A stretch of DNA of 58,715 nucleotides from Chloroflexota bacterium (GCA_009839925.1 VXOS01000142.1:69110-127824), one strand, 5' to 3'; counted from the first letter of the stretch, positions 18,269 through 28,145 are shown. A program made the numbers and translations. Notes: generated by a model from the sequence alone, not told the origin.

Positions 18269-20557
18269 ATGGTTGCGACGGACAAGCCCGCCTACCGCGT
18301 GATCGGCAGCCGGCCGGTCCGCCCGGACGGCGCGGACAAGGTCACGGGGCGCGCCCGCTACGGCGCCGACGTACTGCTGCCCGGGATGCTCTACGGCCGT
18401 GTGCTGCGCAGCCCGCACGCGCACGCCCGGATCGTGCGCATCGATACCTCGAAGGCCGAGGCGCTCGACGGTGTCCGCGCCGTGGCCAGCTGGGACGACC
18501 TGCCGCCGAAGAACTGGGACGAGCTCCCGAACCTCGGCGAGGGCGCGGCCGAGACGCGCTGGATGGCGCGCAATGTCTTCGCGAGCGACAAGGCGCTCTA
18601 CAAGGGCCATGCGATCGCCGCCGTCTGCGCCACCGACCCCCACATCGCCGAGGACGCCCTCGGCCTGATCGAGGTCGAGTACGAGGTGCTGCCTCCGCTG
18701 CTCGACGTGCGCGAGGCGATGGACCCGAACGCGCCGTTGCTGCATGACGACCTCTACACCACCGACCTCAGCGGCGGCGGCACGAGCGACGAGCCGACGA
18801 ACATCGGCAAACACCTCGAGTTCCGCAGCGGTGATATCGAGGCTGGCTTCGAGGAGGCCGACATCGTCGTCGACCGCGAGTTCGAGACCTCGATGGCGCA
18901 CCAGGGCTACCTCGAGCCGCACAACGGCACGGCGATGTGGAGCGAGGACGGGGAACTGACGGTCTGGAACAGCTCGCAGGGCCCCTTCGTGGTGCGCGAG
19001 CAGCTGCACATGCTGCTCGACCTGCCGCTCTCCAAGGTGAAGGTCGTGCCGATGGAGATTGGCGGTGGCTTCGGCGGCAAGATTCCGGTCTACATGGAGC
19101 CGATGGCCGCCATCCTCTCGAAGAAGACCGGGCGACCCGTGAAGATGATCATGACCCGCCAGGAGGTGCTCGAGGCCACCGGCCCCACCTCCGGCACCTG
19201 GGTGCGCGCGAAGATCGGCGCCACGAACGACGGCCGCATCGTCGCCGCGGAGATCGAGCTGGCCTTCGAGGCGGGCGCCTTTCCCGGATCGCCGTTCTCG
19301 GCGGGCGCGCTCTGCGCGCTGGGCCCGTACGACATCGAGAACCAGCGCGTCGAGGGCTGGGACGTCTGCGTCAACAAGCCGAAGGTCGCCGCCTATCGCG
19401 CTCCCGGCGCGCCCGCCACCGCGTTCGCCGTCGAGTCCGTCCTCGATGAACTCGCGGAGCTGCTGGAGCGCGACCCGATCGACCTGCGGCTGCAGAACGC
19501 AGCCCGCGAGGGCACCCGGCTCTCGGACGGGACGCCGCTCCCCGTGGTCGGCAACATCGAGGTGATGGAGCGCGTCCAGGGCAGCGAGCACTACCGCTCC
19601 GAGTTGCAGGGCGAGAACCGCGGCCGCGGTGTGGCGATGGGCTACTGGCGCAACGGCGGGATGGAGACGAGCGCCCACGCCGCGATCAACCAGGACGGCA
19701 CCATCAACCTCGTCGTCGGCACGGTCGACATCGGTGGCCTGCGCGCGACGCACTCGATGCAGCTCGCCGAGGCGCTCGGCCTCGAGTACGACGACATCCG
19801 GCCGCAGGTCGTCGATACCAGCGCGGTGGGGCGCAGCTCGGTGACCGGCGGCAGCCGCAGCACCTTCGCCGCCGGTTGGGCCATGCACGAGCTTGCGCAG
19901 GATCTGCGAACACAGCTCGAGGCCCGGGCCGCGCAGATCTGGGGAGTCGAGCGCGACGAGGTCTCGTACGGAGACGACGCGGTCGTGCGCGGCCCGGAGG
20001 CCGAGGACGGTTCCGAGCGTTCGGTGAGCTTCAAGGAGCTGGCGGGCCAGCTCTACGGCAGCGGCGGGATGATCCAGGCGCGCGCGGACGTCAGTCCCAC
20101 CACCGTCGGCCCCGCCTATGCCGGACACGTCGTTGACGTGGAGGTGGACCCGGAGACCGGCAAGGTCGACATCCTGCGCTACACCGCGGTGCAGGACGTG
20201 GGGAAGGCAATCCACCCGTCCTACGTCGAGGGTCAGTTGCAGGGCGGGGCGCTGCAGGGCATCGGCATGGCGCTCACCGAGGAGTACTTCTACGACGACG
20301 ACGGCGTGATGCGGAACTCGAGCCTGCTCGACTACCGCATGCCGACCGCACTCGACACGCCGATGATTGACGCGGTCCTCGTCGAGGTGGCGAATCCGGG
20401 GCACCCCTACGGAGTGCGCGGCGTGGGCGAGGTGCCGATCGTGCCGCCGCTGGCGGCGATCACGAACGCGATCCACGCCGCGACCGGCGTGCGCATGCAG
20501 AAGCTGCCGGCCTCGCCGCGCGCGGTCCTCAACGAGCTGCTCTCCGAGGAGACATAA
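18269..20557 (+). CDS. Xanthine dehydrogenase family molybdopterin-binding subunit, paralog 2
   Basis: Same motifs as paralog 1 (GGGFGGK, AYRAPG, GVGEVP) and collinear with it. Confidence 0.93.
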   Translation: MVATDKPAYRVIGSRPVRPDGADKVTGRARYGADVLLPGMLYGRVLRSPHAHARIVRIDTSKAEALDGVRAVASWDDLPPKNWDELPNLGEGAAETRWMARNVFASDKALYKGHAIAAVCATDPHIAEDALGLIEVEYEVLPPLLDVREAMDPNAPLLHDDLYTTDLSGGGTSDEPTNIGKHLEFRSGDIEAGFEEADIVVDREFETSMAHQGYLEPHNGTAMWSEDGELTVWNSSQGPFVVREQLHMLLDLPLSKVKVVPMEIGGGFGGKIPVYMEPMAAILSKKTGRPVKMIMTRQEVLEATGPTSGTWVRAKIGATNDGRIVAAEIELAFEAGAFPGSPFSAGALCALGPYDIENQRVEGWDVCVNKPKVAAYRAPGAPATAFAVESVLDELAELLERDPIDLRLQNAAREGTRLSDGTPLPVVGNIEVMERVQGSEHYRSELQGENRGRGVAMGYWRNGGMETSAHAAINQDGTINLVVGTVDIGGLRATHSMQLAEALGLEYDDIRPQVVDTSAVGRSSVTGGSRSTFAAGWAMHELAQDLRTQLEARAAQIWGVERDEVSYGDDAVVRGPEAEDGSERSVSFKELAGQLYGSGGMIQARADVSPTTVGPAYAGHVVDVEVDPETGKVDILRYTAVQDVGKAIHPSYVEGQLQGGALQGIGMALTEEYFYDDDGVMRNSSLLDYRMPTALDTPMIDAVLVEVANPGHPYGVRGVGEVPIVPPLAAITNAIHAATGVRMQKLPASPRAVLNELLSEET

Positions 20558-20826
20558 TGGCGACGGTCTTTATTCCCTCGCTGATGCGCAAGCTGACGGA
20601 CGACCGCGAGACGGTCGAAGTGCCGGGCGCCACGCTGCGGCAGGTGGTCGACAACTTGGATGCGGAGTATCCGGGCATCAAGGAGCTGATCGTCGAGGAC
20701 GGGCGGGTGCGGCCGGGGCTACAGCTGGCCGTGGACGGGGTGCTCTCCGCGACGGGGCTGATGGGCAAGGTGCCCGAGGGCTCGGAGGTCCACATCCTGC
20801 CGGCCCTCGGGGGCGGGCAGCGCTAG
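20557..20826 (+). CDS. MoaD/ThiS-family ubiquitin-like protein
   Basis: Beta-grasp pattern ATVFIP...GATLRQVVDNL...EVHILPALGGG. Confidence 0.85.
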   Translation: MATVFIPSLMRKLTDDRETVEVPGATLRQVVDNLDAEYPGIKELIVEDGRVRPGLQLAVDGVLSATGLMGKVPEGSEVHILPALGGGQR

Positions 20827-20902
20827 CCGCGCACTCTCGGCGGGTCGACACTGCTCGCGTAGTGCTGCGCCCTCGCAACGCGAACCATCGTGTGCCGTAA
20901 GC

Positions 20903-20930
20903 TTGCATGACGGCAAGGGTGTGCTATACT
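20903..20930 (+). promoter_or_regulatory. Putative sigma70-type promoter of the TA operon
   Basis: TTGCAT-16 nt-TATACT with TG extension; inverted repeat CACCGG/CCGGTG at 20942-20959 just downstream. Confidence 0.55.
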
Positions 20931-20973
20931 TATACCAGTCACACCGGGGGGTACCGGTGGTAGTAGGTGGTCC

Positions 20974-21459
20974 ATGGAGCAGTTCGAAGTCTACTACACA
21001 ACCGGGGAGGTCAAGGACGGGGAGCCCGCCAACGCCGGGCTGTCCGCCGCAGACCTGCCGCGCCTGGAACGGCAAGTCCGGGAGACGGGCGTGGCCTACC
21101 GGGTGGTGGAAGGACTCAGCCAGCAGGAGCGCGAGGAGGCCTACGTCAGCCGGGCGGTCCGGCCCTCGGTCAGCAAGCGCTACCGGGTGCGGCGCGTCTT
21201 CGGCACGAACAAGTACTCCGGGCAGTACTTCGGAGGGGCGGTTCCGGCGCTGGTGGTGCTGGAGAACGGACGCCCGGTCGACGTCTACCCGCACGAGGAA
21301 CAGGACGGGACGATCGTGACCATTCGTGACTACCTGGATCGCATCGGCGCCGGCAGCGACGGCGCGGACCTGGCCAGGCGTATGGACGCCTTGCGCGCTC
21401 GCATCGGGGATGTGGACATCAGCGTCCGCGAATTGATCGAGGACGGACGCCGCTTCTGA
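20974..21459 (+). CDS. Putative antitoxin with unusual N-terminal domain
   Basis: Lies upstream of a PIN gene; C-terminal DALRARIGDVDISVRELIEDGRR resembles VapB-type tails. Confidence 0.55.
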   Translation: MEQFEVYYTTGEVKDGEPANAGLSAADLPRLERQVRETGVAYRVVEGLSQQEREEAYVSRAVRPSVSKRYRVRRVFGTNKYSGQYFGGAVPALVVLENGRPVDVYPHEEQDGTIVTIRDYLDRIGAGSDGADLARRMDALRARIGDVDISVRELIEDGRRF

Positions 21460-21508
21460 TGGCGCCGGGCTTCGACAGAGGCCGGGGCGCGCGCAGGCGG
21501 TTACCGGC

Positions 21509-21961
21509 GTGACCTATGACGTCGGGCCGCGGCGCTGCGTCGTCGATGCGTCCGTGGTGCTGAAGTGGCAGTTCGGCGACGAGGACGACGTGGCGCAAGC
21601 GCTCGCGCTACGCGACGCCTTTCTTGTGGATCATGCCGTGGAGCTGCACGCGCCGGTGCTGCTGGCGTACGAGCTGACCAGCGCGATGCGGACCGCGGAG
21701 CGCCGTGCGCGCGTGCCCGCCGAGATGGCCAGTGAGGCGCTCGACAACATGATCGGGGCGGGGATCGCGCTGCACGAGCCCGCGCCCTCCGAGACGCTCC
21801 GCCTCGCTCGTCGACTCGGGGTCAGCGGCTACGATGCCGCCTACGTCGCGCTCGCGGCCGAGCTGGGCGTCGAGTGCTGGTCGGCCGACGAGCGGCTGGT
21901 GCGGGCCGCCTCGCCGCACGTATCGTTCGTGCGCGCGATCAGCGAGTACGCCTCACGTTAG
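21509..21961 (+). CDS. vapC: PIN-domain VapC-family toxin
   Basis: VVDASVVLKW, YE, YDAAYVALA and SADERL acidic PIN motifs. Confidence 0.88.
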   Translation: MTYDVGPRRCVVDASVVLKWQFGDEDDVAQALALRDAFLVDHAVELHAPVLLAYELTSAMRTAERRARVPAEMASEALDNMIGAGIALHEPAPSETLRLARRLGVSGYDAAYVALAAELGVECWSADERLVRAASPHVSFVRAISEYASR

Positions 21962-22041
21962 GCCCGCCCTCGGCGGGACGGCGTCGTGCACGGCCACGCG
22001 CAACGCCGCGCTCCAGACCCGGGGTGGATCCTCCGGCCTGG

Positions 22042-22869
22042 CTATTGCTGCTGCTGCTCTTGGTGTTGTTCCCCGGACTCCGAGCGCACCCGAACCATCG
22101 TGCTCCAGTGTTCGGCGGCCGAGCCGGTGAACGCGCCGCGGACCGGCGGCACGTCGTCGTAGTCGCGGCCGATGGCCGTGACCACGTAGCGCCCGTCCTG
22201 CTGCGTGTCGTTAGCGGGGTCGAGGCCATGCCAGCCGGCGGGCCCCAGGAGCTGCACCCAGGCGTGGCTGGCCGGGGTCGCCGCCTCGCCGACGTGGGGA
22301 GCGAGGTAGCCGCTGACGTAGCGGGCCGGAATGCCGCGCATACGCAAGGCGGCGAGCATCAGGTGCGCGAAGTCCTGGCAGACACCGTGTCCGGCCTCCA
22401 GCAGATCGAGCGCGGTGGAGCCGACGTCCGTGGTCCCGACCTCGAACCCGAAGCGCTCGTGAAGCAGCGAGGCGATCGCCTCGCCCGTGGCGATCGGATC
22501 GAGGTTCTGCGGGACGCCCTCGCATAGCTCCGTCACCGCCCGGTCGAACGGCGAGCGCAGGGTCGGGGCGAGGAAGAGATGGCGCATCAGCGGGGTGGGC
22601 TCGCTGTGCTCGCTGGGCTGCTCCGTCTCGACTTCCGCGTCGAGCGCGAGGTGGATCTCGTCGATCTCCTGGATGAAGTCGACGTGGTGATACGCGTTGC
22701 CGAAGCCGTCCCTGAGCTGATGCAGCGGTGCTTCCGGGCTCAGCGTGAGCGTGGCGTTGATCCGGCGCTGACCGAATCCGTCCGCAGGAATCACGCGCAG
22801 CTCCGTGTGCAGCAGCCGTACGCCTTGCGAGTAGCGATACGAGGATTCCCAGCGGACCGCGATACGCAT
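22042..22869 (-). CDS. Transglutaminase-like protein
   Basis: GVCQDFAH, PARYVSGY, SHAW, DPAN, GRDYDDV. Confidence 0.92.
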   Translation of the reverse strand: MRIAVRWESSYRYSQGVRLLHTELRVIPADGFGQRRINATLTLSPEAPLHQLRDGFGNAYHHVDFIQEIDEIHLALDAEVETEQPSEHSEPTPLMRHLFLAPTLRSPFDRAVTELCEGVPQNLDPIATGEAIASLLHERFGFEVGTTDVGSTALDLLEAGHGVCQDFAHLMLAALRMRGIPARYVSGYLAPHVGEAATPASHAWVQLLGPAGWHGLDPANDTQQDGRYVVTAIGRDYDDVPPVRGAFTGSAAEHWSTMVRVRSESGEQHQEQQQQ

Positions 22870-22878
22870 CCGATAGTC

Positions 22879-23841
22879 CTAACCGACCGACGACGGGATG
22901 AGCCGGAAGATCTGCTCGTGCAGATGCTCGTCGATCCCGATCAGTCGCGCCTGAAAGGTATCGAGGAAGTCGTGCAGGCGCTCGTCGGTGAGACGGCTCT
23001 CGTCCAGCGAGGAGAGGTCCAAATCGAGCAGCGCGAGCTCGCGCGAGACGTGCACGGAGACGGCGGGCGGCGTGAGCGCGGTCGCTCCCTCGTAGTGGCG
23101 GCGGAACGCGCGGATGCAGAAGCGCAGGCTGCGCGGGAAGCGCTCGCTCAGCACGAGCATGCTCGCGACCGCGGGGCCGCTCGGCGGCGCCCGGTGGGTC
23201 ATCCGGAAGGCCTGCCTGGCGCCGGCCGAGCGCAGCACGGAGGTCCAGTGCACGCGGTCGACCGGGCCGCCGACGGCCTGGCCGGCGGGAAGCGAGACGT
23301 AGGACTTGGCGTCGATGATGCGGCTGGTCATGTCGGCGCGCTCCATGAAGATGCCGCAGCGGAACCAGTCCCGCCCTTCGTCGAGCTGCACGGTGTTGTC
23401 GAAGAGCCCGAAGATCGCGGCGATGCTGCGGCGCACCGAGTCGTAGAACTCGGCCATCCCGGAGCCGTCGGCGGGATCCGCGCGCCGCACTTCCAGGTAG
23501 AGCCTGTTGGTCTCCTCCCAGACGTCTCGGGAGAGGTGCTCGCGCAGCTGGCGGGCGAGGCTGCGGGCGTAGTTGAGGGTGGAGCGGAGCGAGTGCGGGT
23601 TCTCGGTGGAGAGCAGCAGGAACTCGCTGGGGCTGATGTTGGAGTCTGCCTCGCGCGCCGCGTCGAAGCGGCCGTGGCCGCCGGTGGCGGTGATCACGGC
23701 GTCCCAGATCTGCGGGTCCGCGTCGAGGCCCCCCGCCTCCACCGAGGCGAAGTACGAGACCTCGGCCATGCGCGAGATGTTCTCGACGCGCTCGAGATTG
23801 CGGCCGAACCAGTAGAGGTTCTCTGCGACCCGGCTCAGCAT
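22879..23841 (-). CDS. Alpha-E domain protein (DUF403)
   Basis: MLSRVAENLYWFGRNLER, MERADMTSR, FPRSL. Confidence 0.92.
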   Translation of the reverse strand: MLSRVAENLYWFGRNLERVENISRMAEVSYFASVEAGGLDADPQIWDAVITATGGHGRFDAAREADSNISPSEFLLLSTENPHSLRSTLNYARSLARQLREHLSRDVWEETNRLYLEVRRADPADGSGMAEFYDSVRRSIAAIFGLFDNTVQLDEGRDWFRCGIFMERADMTSRIIDAKSYVSLPAGQAVGGPVDRVHWTSVLRSAGARQAFRMTHRAPPSGPAVASMLVLSERFPRSLRFCIRAFRRHYEGATALTPPAVSVHVSRELALLDLDLSSLDESRLTDERLHDFLDTFQARLIGIDEHLHEQIFRLIPSSVG

Positions 23842-23844
23842 GGC

Positions 23845-25320
23845 CTAGCCGTCCCGTTCCAGCGGGGTGCGCAGCACCCAGGTGTCCTTGCTGCCGCCTC
23901 CCTGCGAGGAGTTGACGATGTATGAGCCGTCCCTGAGCGCCACGCGCGTGAGCCCGCCGGGCAGCACCCAGCTGTGCTCGCCCGTGAGGATGAACGGCCG
24001 CAGATCGGAGCGGCGTGCATGCAGCTTGCCGTCGAGCAGCGTGGGGATGGTGCTGAACTCCTGGAGCGGCTGCGCGATCCAGTTGCGCGGATCGGCGCGC
24101 ACGCGCTCCTCGAGCGCTCGCAACTCGTCAGCCGAGGCCTGCGGTCCGATCACGATCCCGTACCCCCCCGACTCGCCCGCAGGCTTCGTCACCAGCTGGT
24201 CGAGGTTCGCGCACATCTGCTCCAGGTCCGAGGGCAGGACGGCGGCGTAGGTCTCGATGTTGGGGAGGATCGGCTCTTCGCCCAGGTAGTAGCGGATGAA
24301 GTCCGGCACGAAGCGATACACCACCTTGTCGTCGGCGACGCCGACGCCGGGAGCGTTGGCCAGCGTGACCCGGCCCGCCCGGTAGGCGTCGGCGAGACCG
24401 GCGACGCCGAGCGCGGAGTCCGGGCGGAAGGCGAGTGGGTCGATGAAGTCGTCGTCGATCCGGCGGTAGACCACGTGGACGGGCTCCAGGCCGGTGGTGG
24501 CGCGCAGGTAGACGGTGTGGTCATGGACGAGCAAGTCGTGGCCCTCGACCAGCTCGACGCCCATCTCCCGGGCGAGGAAGGCGTGCTCGAAGTAGGCGGA
24601 GTTGTAGCCGCCCGGTGTGAGGATGACGACCCGCGTCTCGTCGTGGCTGACGTGTGGCGGGCGGACGGCGATCAGCGTCTCCAGGAGGCGCTCCGCATAG
24701 TCGTCGACGGACTGGACGGCGCCCTCGGGGAAGAGGTCGGGCACGGCGTTCAGCATGACGCGGCGGTTCTCGATCACGTAGGAGACGCCGGAGGGCGTCC
24801 GGGCGTTGTCCTCGATGACGCGGAACTGGCCGTCCTGGTCGCGGATCAGGTCGGTCCCGACGATGTGCGCGTAGACGCCGAGCGGCGGCTCGAAGTCGAC
24901 CATGCGGAGGTTCAGGCCGGCCCCCCCGAAGAGCACCTCTACGGGGATCACGCCGTCGGTGATGCAACGCTGCGTGGAGTAGACGTCGGCGAGGAAGGCG
25001 TTGAGGGCACGCACGCGCTGGATCAGGCCGGACTCGATCATCCGCCACTCCGCGGCCGCGACCACTCTCGGGAGGATCGAGAAGGGGAAGATGCGCTCGG
25101 CCCCGGCGTCGTCCTCGTAGACGGTGAAGGTGATGCCGCCGGTCAGCATCTCGAGTTCCGCGCGCTGCTGGCGCACGTCGATGTCGTCGATCGTCCAGGA
25201 CGCCAGGCGGGAAGCAAACTCGGCGTAGGCAGGGCGCGGCAGGCCCTCCCGGTCAAGCATCTCGTCCGGGCCGGCCAGCTGCTCGTAGGCCGAAAGCATC
25301 TCGGTCACGGTTGATGTCAC
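23845..25320 (-). CDS. Circularly permuted type 2 ATP-grasp protein
   Basis: EDNARTPSGVSY, NSAYFEH, YRRIDDDF, GGLTRVAL, NSSQGGGSKDTW; GTG start 6 nt after a TATCCT -10 (leaderless-like). Confidence 0.92.
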   Translation of the reverse strand: MTSTVTEMLSAYEQLAGPDEMLDREGLPRPAYAEFASRLASWTIDDIDVRQQRAELEMLTGGITFTVYEDDAGAERIFPFSILPRVVAAAEWRMIESGLIQRVRALNAFLADVYSTQRCITDGVIPVEVLFGGAGLNLRMVDFEPPLGVYAHIVGTDLIRDQDGQFRVIEDNARTPSGVSYVIENRRVMLNAVPDLFPEGAVQSVDDYAERLLETLIAVRPPHVSHDETRVVILTPGGYNSAYFEHAFLAREMGVELVEGHDLLVHDHTVYLRATTGLEPVHVVYRRIDDDFIDPLAFRPDSALGVAGLADAYRAGRVTLANAPGVGVADDKVVYRFVPDFIRYYLGEEPILPNIETYAAVLPSDLEQMCANLDQLVTKPAGESGGYGIVIGPQASADELRALEERVRADPRNWIAQPLQEFSTIPTLLDGKLHARRSDLRPFILTGEHSWVLPGGLTRVALRDGSYIVNSSQGGGSKDTWVLRTPLERDG

Positions 25321-25769
25321 GCCGACAGGATACGGCGCGGGAGGTGATCGCTGGGCGATCGAGCGCGGTGAGGGCGGACGAAAGGGTCCGGAATCGGTCG
25401 TGTTGGCGGAGAACGCCGCTCTGCCTAGCGCGCCTGGGGGGTGCGCAGGCTGGCTCGGGCGGGAACCGGCGCGCAGCTGGTCGCTGACCACGCGCAGCCG
25501 GTGCTGCGGGGCCGGCTGCCGGTTGCGGGTTCCGCGCGCTGACAGCATCCGCCTGTTCCCTCCGGGCGCAACCCAGAAGTCGGCGCTCCGCGTGACGGGC
25601 GTGTTCCCGCAATGTTGCGTTCGCGCAAAGTCCGTGGCGCGCTCGCTGCCGCCACGCCTCCTCCGTGCGGGAACCTTCCGGCCCACGGCAGCGTCCAGAT
25701 GACATCAGGCCTCCCGAGTTCGGCGAGTCGCGCCGCGCGCGCAGCGAGCGAGGGGGACGAGAGGGCCGG

Positions 25770-28145
25770 ATGCACGGGCGAACGCTCGAAGCGATCTCCA
25801 CTTGCCTGCTGAGGCGCGACCGAAGCGGCGCGCTCCTGCGTCTCGCCATCGGAGCAGTCGCGGCCATCCTCGGGCTCTGCATGGCGCTGGTTGGCTATGC
25901 CCACCTGGCTCCGCTGACGCCGCTCCACGAGCAGGCGCCGCCGGCCGGAACGGTGATTGTCGACCGCCACGGGTCTCCGCTGCTCCGAGACGCATCCGAG
26001 GGCGTGCACATCCCGGTCAGCCTCGACGAGATCGCCCCGATCGCCGTCAGCGCCAGCGTCGCCGCCGAGGACCGGCGTTTCTGGCGGCACCCCGGCGTCG
26101 ACCCGCTGGCGGTGGCGCACGCGCTGACGCAGGTGGCGACTGAGCGATCAGAGCCGCGTGGCGCCTCGACGATCACGCAGCAGCTCGCGCGGCGGCTCTA
26201 CCTGTCCGGCACGGACTCGCCCGGGCTGCTGCGCAAGGCACGCGAGGCGCTGATCGCGCTTCAACTCGAGGCCCGCTACGCGAAGCGCGATCTGATCGAG
26301 GCGTACCTCAACCACGTCTACTACGGCCGCGGCGCATACGGCATCGAGGCGGCGGCGCGGCGCTACTTCGGAGTGAGCGCGCGACACCTCGATCTCGCGC
26401 AGGCGAGCTACCTGGCCGGCCTCCCGCAGCTGCCGAGCGTGTACGGCGACGAGTCCCCTGCGGCGCGCGCACGGCAGCGCTACGTCCTTGACCGCATGGT
26501 CGCGATCGGGGCAATCACGGCCCACCAGGCCGCGCAGGCCACGAGCGCTCCGCTGGCATTCGCCGAGGCGGGCGAGCCGGCGCTGGCGCCGCACTTCACG
26601 GCGATGGTGGGCGAGGAGCTCGCGAGGGTCCGCCCGGATCTCGCCGAACGGGCGGGTCTGATCATCGAGACGACGCTCGATAGCGCGCTGCAGCGCGAGG
26701 CGACGCGATCCGTGCGCGCGCACCTGGAGCGCGTCGCCGAGCGCAACGCCGGCAACGGCGCGGTCGTGGCGCTGGACCCGTGGAGCGGCGCCTTGCTCGC
26801 TCTGGTCGGCAGTGCGGACTTCTCCGAAGAGCAGACCGGGCAGGTGAACATGGCGCTCGCGCCGCGCCAGCCCGGGTCCGCGCTGAAGCCGTTCCTCTAC
26901 GCTGCCGCGTTCGAGCAGGGCTACACGGCGGCGTCCGTGCTGCTCGATGTGCCTTCGAGCTTCCCAACGTCGATGGGCAGCTATCAGCCGGTGAACTACG
27001 ACCTGCGCTACCACGGCCCCACGCCCTTGCGAATCGCCCTCGCCTCGTCGCTGAACGTGCCGGCGGTGCGAACGCTCGACGAGATCGGCGTCGAGGCGCT
27101 TATCGAGATGGCGCAACGCGTCGGACTGGACGAACTGGCGGCAGCCGAGGATCACGGGCTCGCGCTCACGCTCGGGTCCGGCGAGGTGCCGCTGCTCGAT
27201 CTGACGGCGGCCTACGGCGCGCTGGCGGCAGGCGGACTCCTCCTCGATCCGTACGCGATCGAGCGCGTGCGCGACGCGGCCAGCGGTGAGCTGCTGTACG
27301 AGCGCACGCCACAGTCGCCCTCGCGGGTGGTGTCGGCCGCGCACGCGTTCCTGCTGGCGGACATCCTCAGCGATCCGTTCGCGCGCGCGCCGGCCTTCGG
27401 CTTCGACTCGGTGTTGGAGACGCCGTTTCCGGCGGCTGTGAAGACGGGAACGACCTCGCAGTTCCGCGACAGCTGGGCCGTGGGTTTCACGCCCGATCGA
27501 GTGGTCGGCGTGTGGGTCGGCAATGCCGCCGCTGAGCCGATGATCGATCTGCCCGGCCTCGAGGGGGCCGCGCCGATCTGGCGCGACGTGATCGAGGCGG
27601 CGATGGCGGATCGACCGGCTCGCGAGTTCACGCGGCCGCCGACGCTGGTCTCCGTCACGGTCTGCATGCCGACGGGGCTGCTGCCCGGTCCGCACTGCCC
27701 GTCGCCCGTGCAGGAGTGGTTCATCGCCGGCACGCAGCCTTTGGAGGCGGAGACCTACTACCTGGCTCGACCCGATGGCGCGCTCGCTATCGATCCGCCC
27801 GTGGAGGCGCGCGCCTGGGCCGCGCAGGCGGGTACCCGGCTGGCCGATCACACCGACGGCGCAACGCAGGCCGGGATCAGCATCGTCCAGCCCGCCCGGG
27901 GAGCGGTGCTGTATCTCGCACCCGAACTCCCGCGCCAGGAGGCGCTCCTGCGCGTGGCCGCACCGCCGGACGCGGAGCGTGTCGACTTCCTCGTGGACGG
28001 CGTGAGCGTTGGCAGCGCACCGGGGCCGGACGCTCGCGTCGTGTGGACGCTGAGCGTCGGCGTGCACCGCCTCCGCGTGGTGGCAACGCTCGCCGGCGGC
28101 GGCACGGCCGAGGCGTCCTCGCGGTTCGAGGTGCGGGGCCGATGA
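25770..28145 (+). CDS. pbpC: Bifunctional penicillin-binding protein, PBP1C-like
   Basis: Transglycosylase motifs EDRRF/GASTITQQL/RKARE; transpeptidase SALK, SLN, KTG; C-terminal Ig-like domain; adjacent to A2M. Confidence 0.85.
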   Translation: MHGRTLEAISTCLLRRDRSGALLRLAIGAVAAILGLCMALVGYAHLAPLTPLHEQAPPAGTVIVDRHGSPLLRDASEGVHIPVSLDEIAPIAVSASVAAEDRRFWRHPGVDPLAVAHALTQVATERSEPRGASTITQQLARRLYLSGTDSPGLLRKAREALIALQLEARYAKRDLIEAYLNHVYYGRGAYGIEAAARRYFGVSARHLDLAQASYLAGLPQLPSVYGDESPAARARQRYVLDRMVAIGAITAHQAAQATSAPLAFAEAGEPALAPHFTAMVGEELARVRPDLAERAGLIIETTLDSALQREATRSVRAHLERVAERNAGNGAVVALDPWSGALLALVGSADFSEEQTGQVNMALAPRQPGSALKPFLYAAAFEQGYTAASVLLDVPSSFPTSMGSYQPVNYDLRYHGPTPLRIALASSLNVPAVRTLDEIGVEALIEMAQRVGLDELAAAEDHGLALTLGSGEVPLLDLTAAYGALAAGGLLLDPYAIERVRDAASGELLYERTPQSPSRVVSAAHAFLLADILSDPFARAPAFGFDSVLETPFPAAVKTGTTSQFRDSWAVGFTPDRVVGVWVGNAAAEPMIDLPGLEGAAPIWRDVIEAAMADRPAREFTRPPTLVSVTVCMPTGLLPGPHCPSPVQEWFIAGTQPLEAETYYLARPDGALAIDPPVEARAWAAQAGTRLADHTDGATQAGISIVQPARGAVLYLAPELPRQEALLRVAAPPDAERVDFLVDGVSVGSAPGPDARVVWTLSVGVHRLRVVATLAGGGTAEASSRFEVRGR

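Noticed and set aside
14396-20557. Aerobic CO dehydrogenase (coxMSL)
   Set aside because: The active-site loop is AYRAPG, not AYxCSFR, and there are no coxDEFG accessory genes
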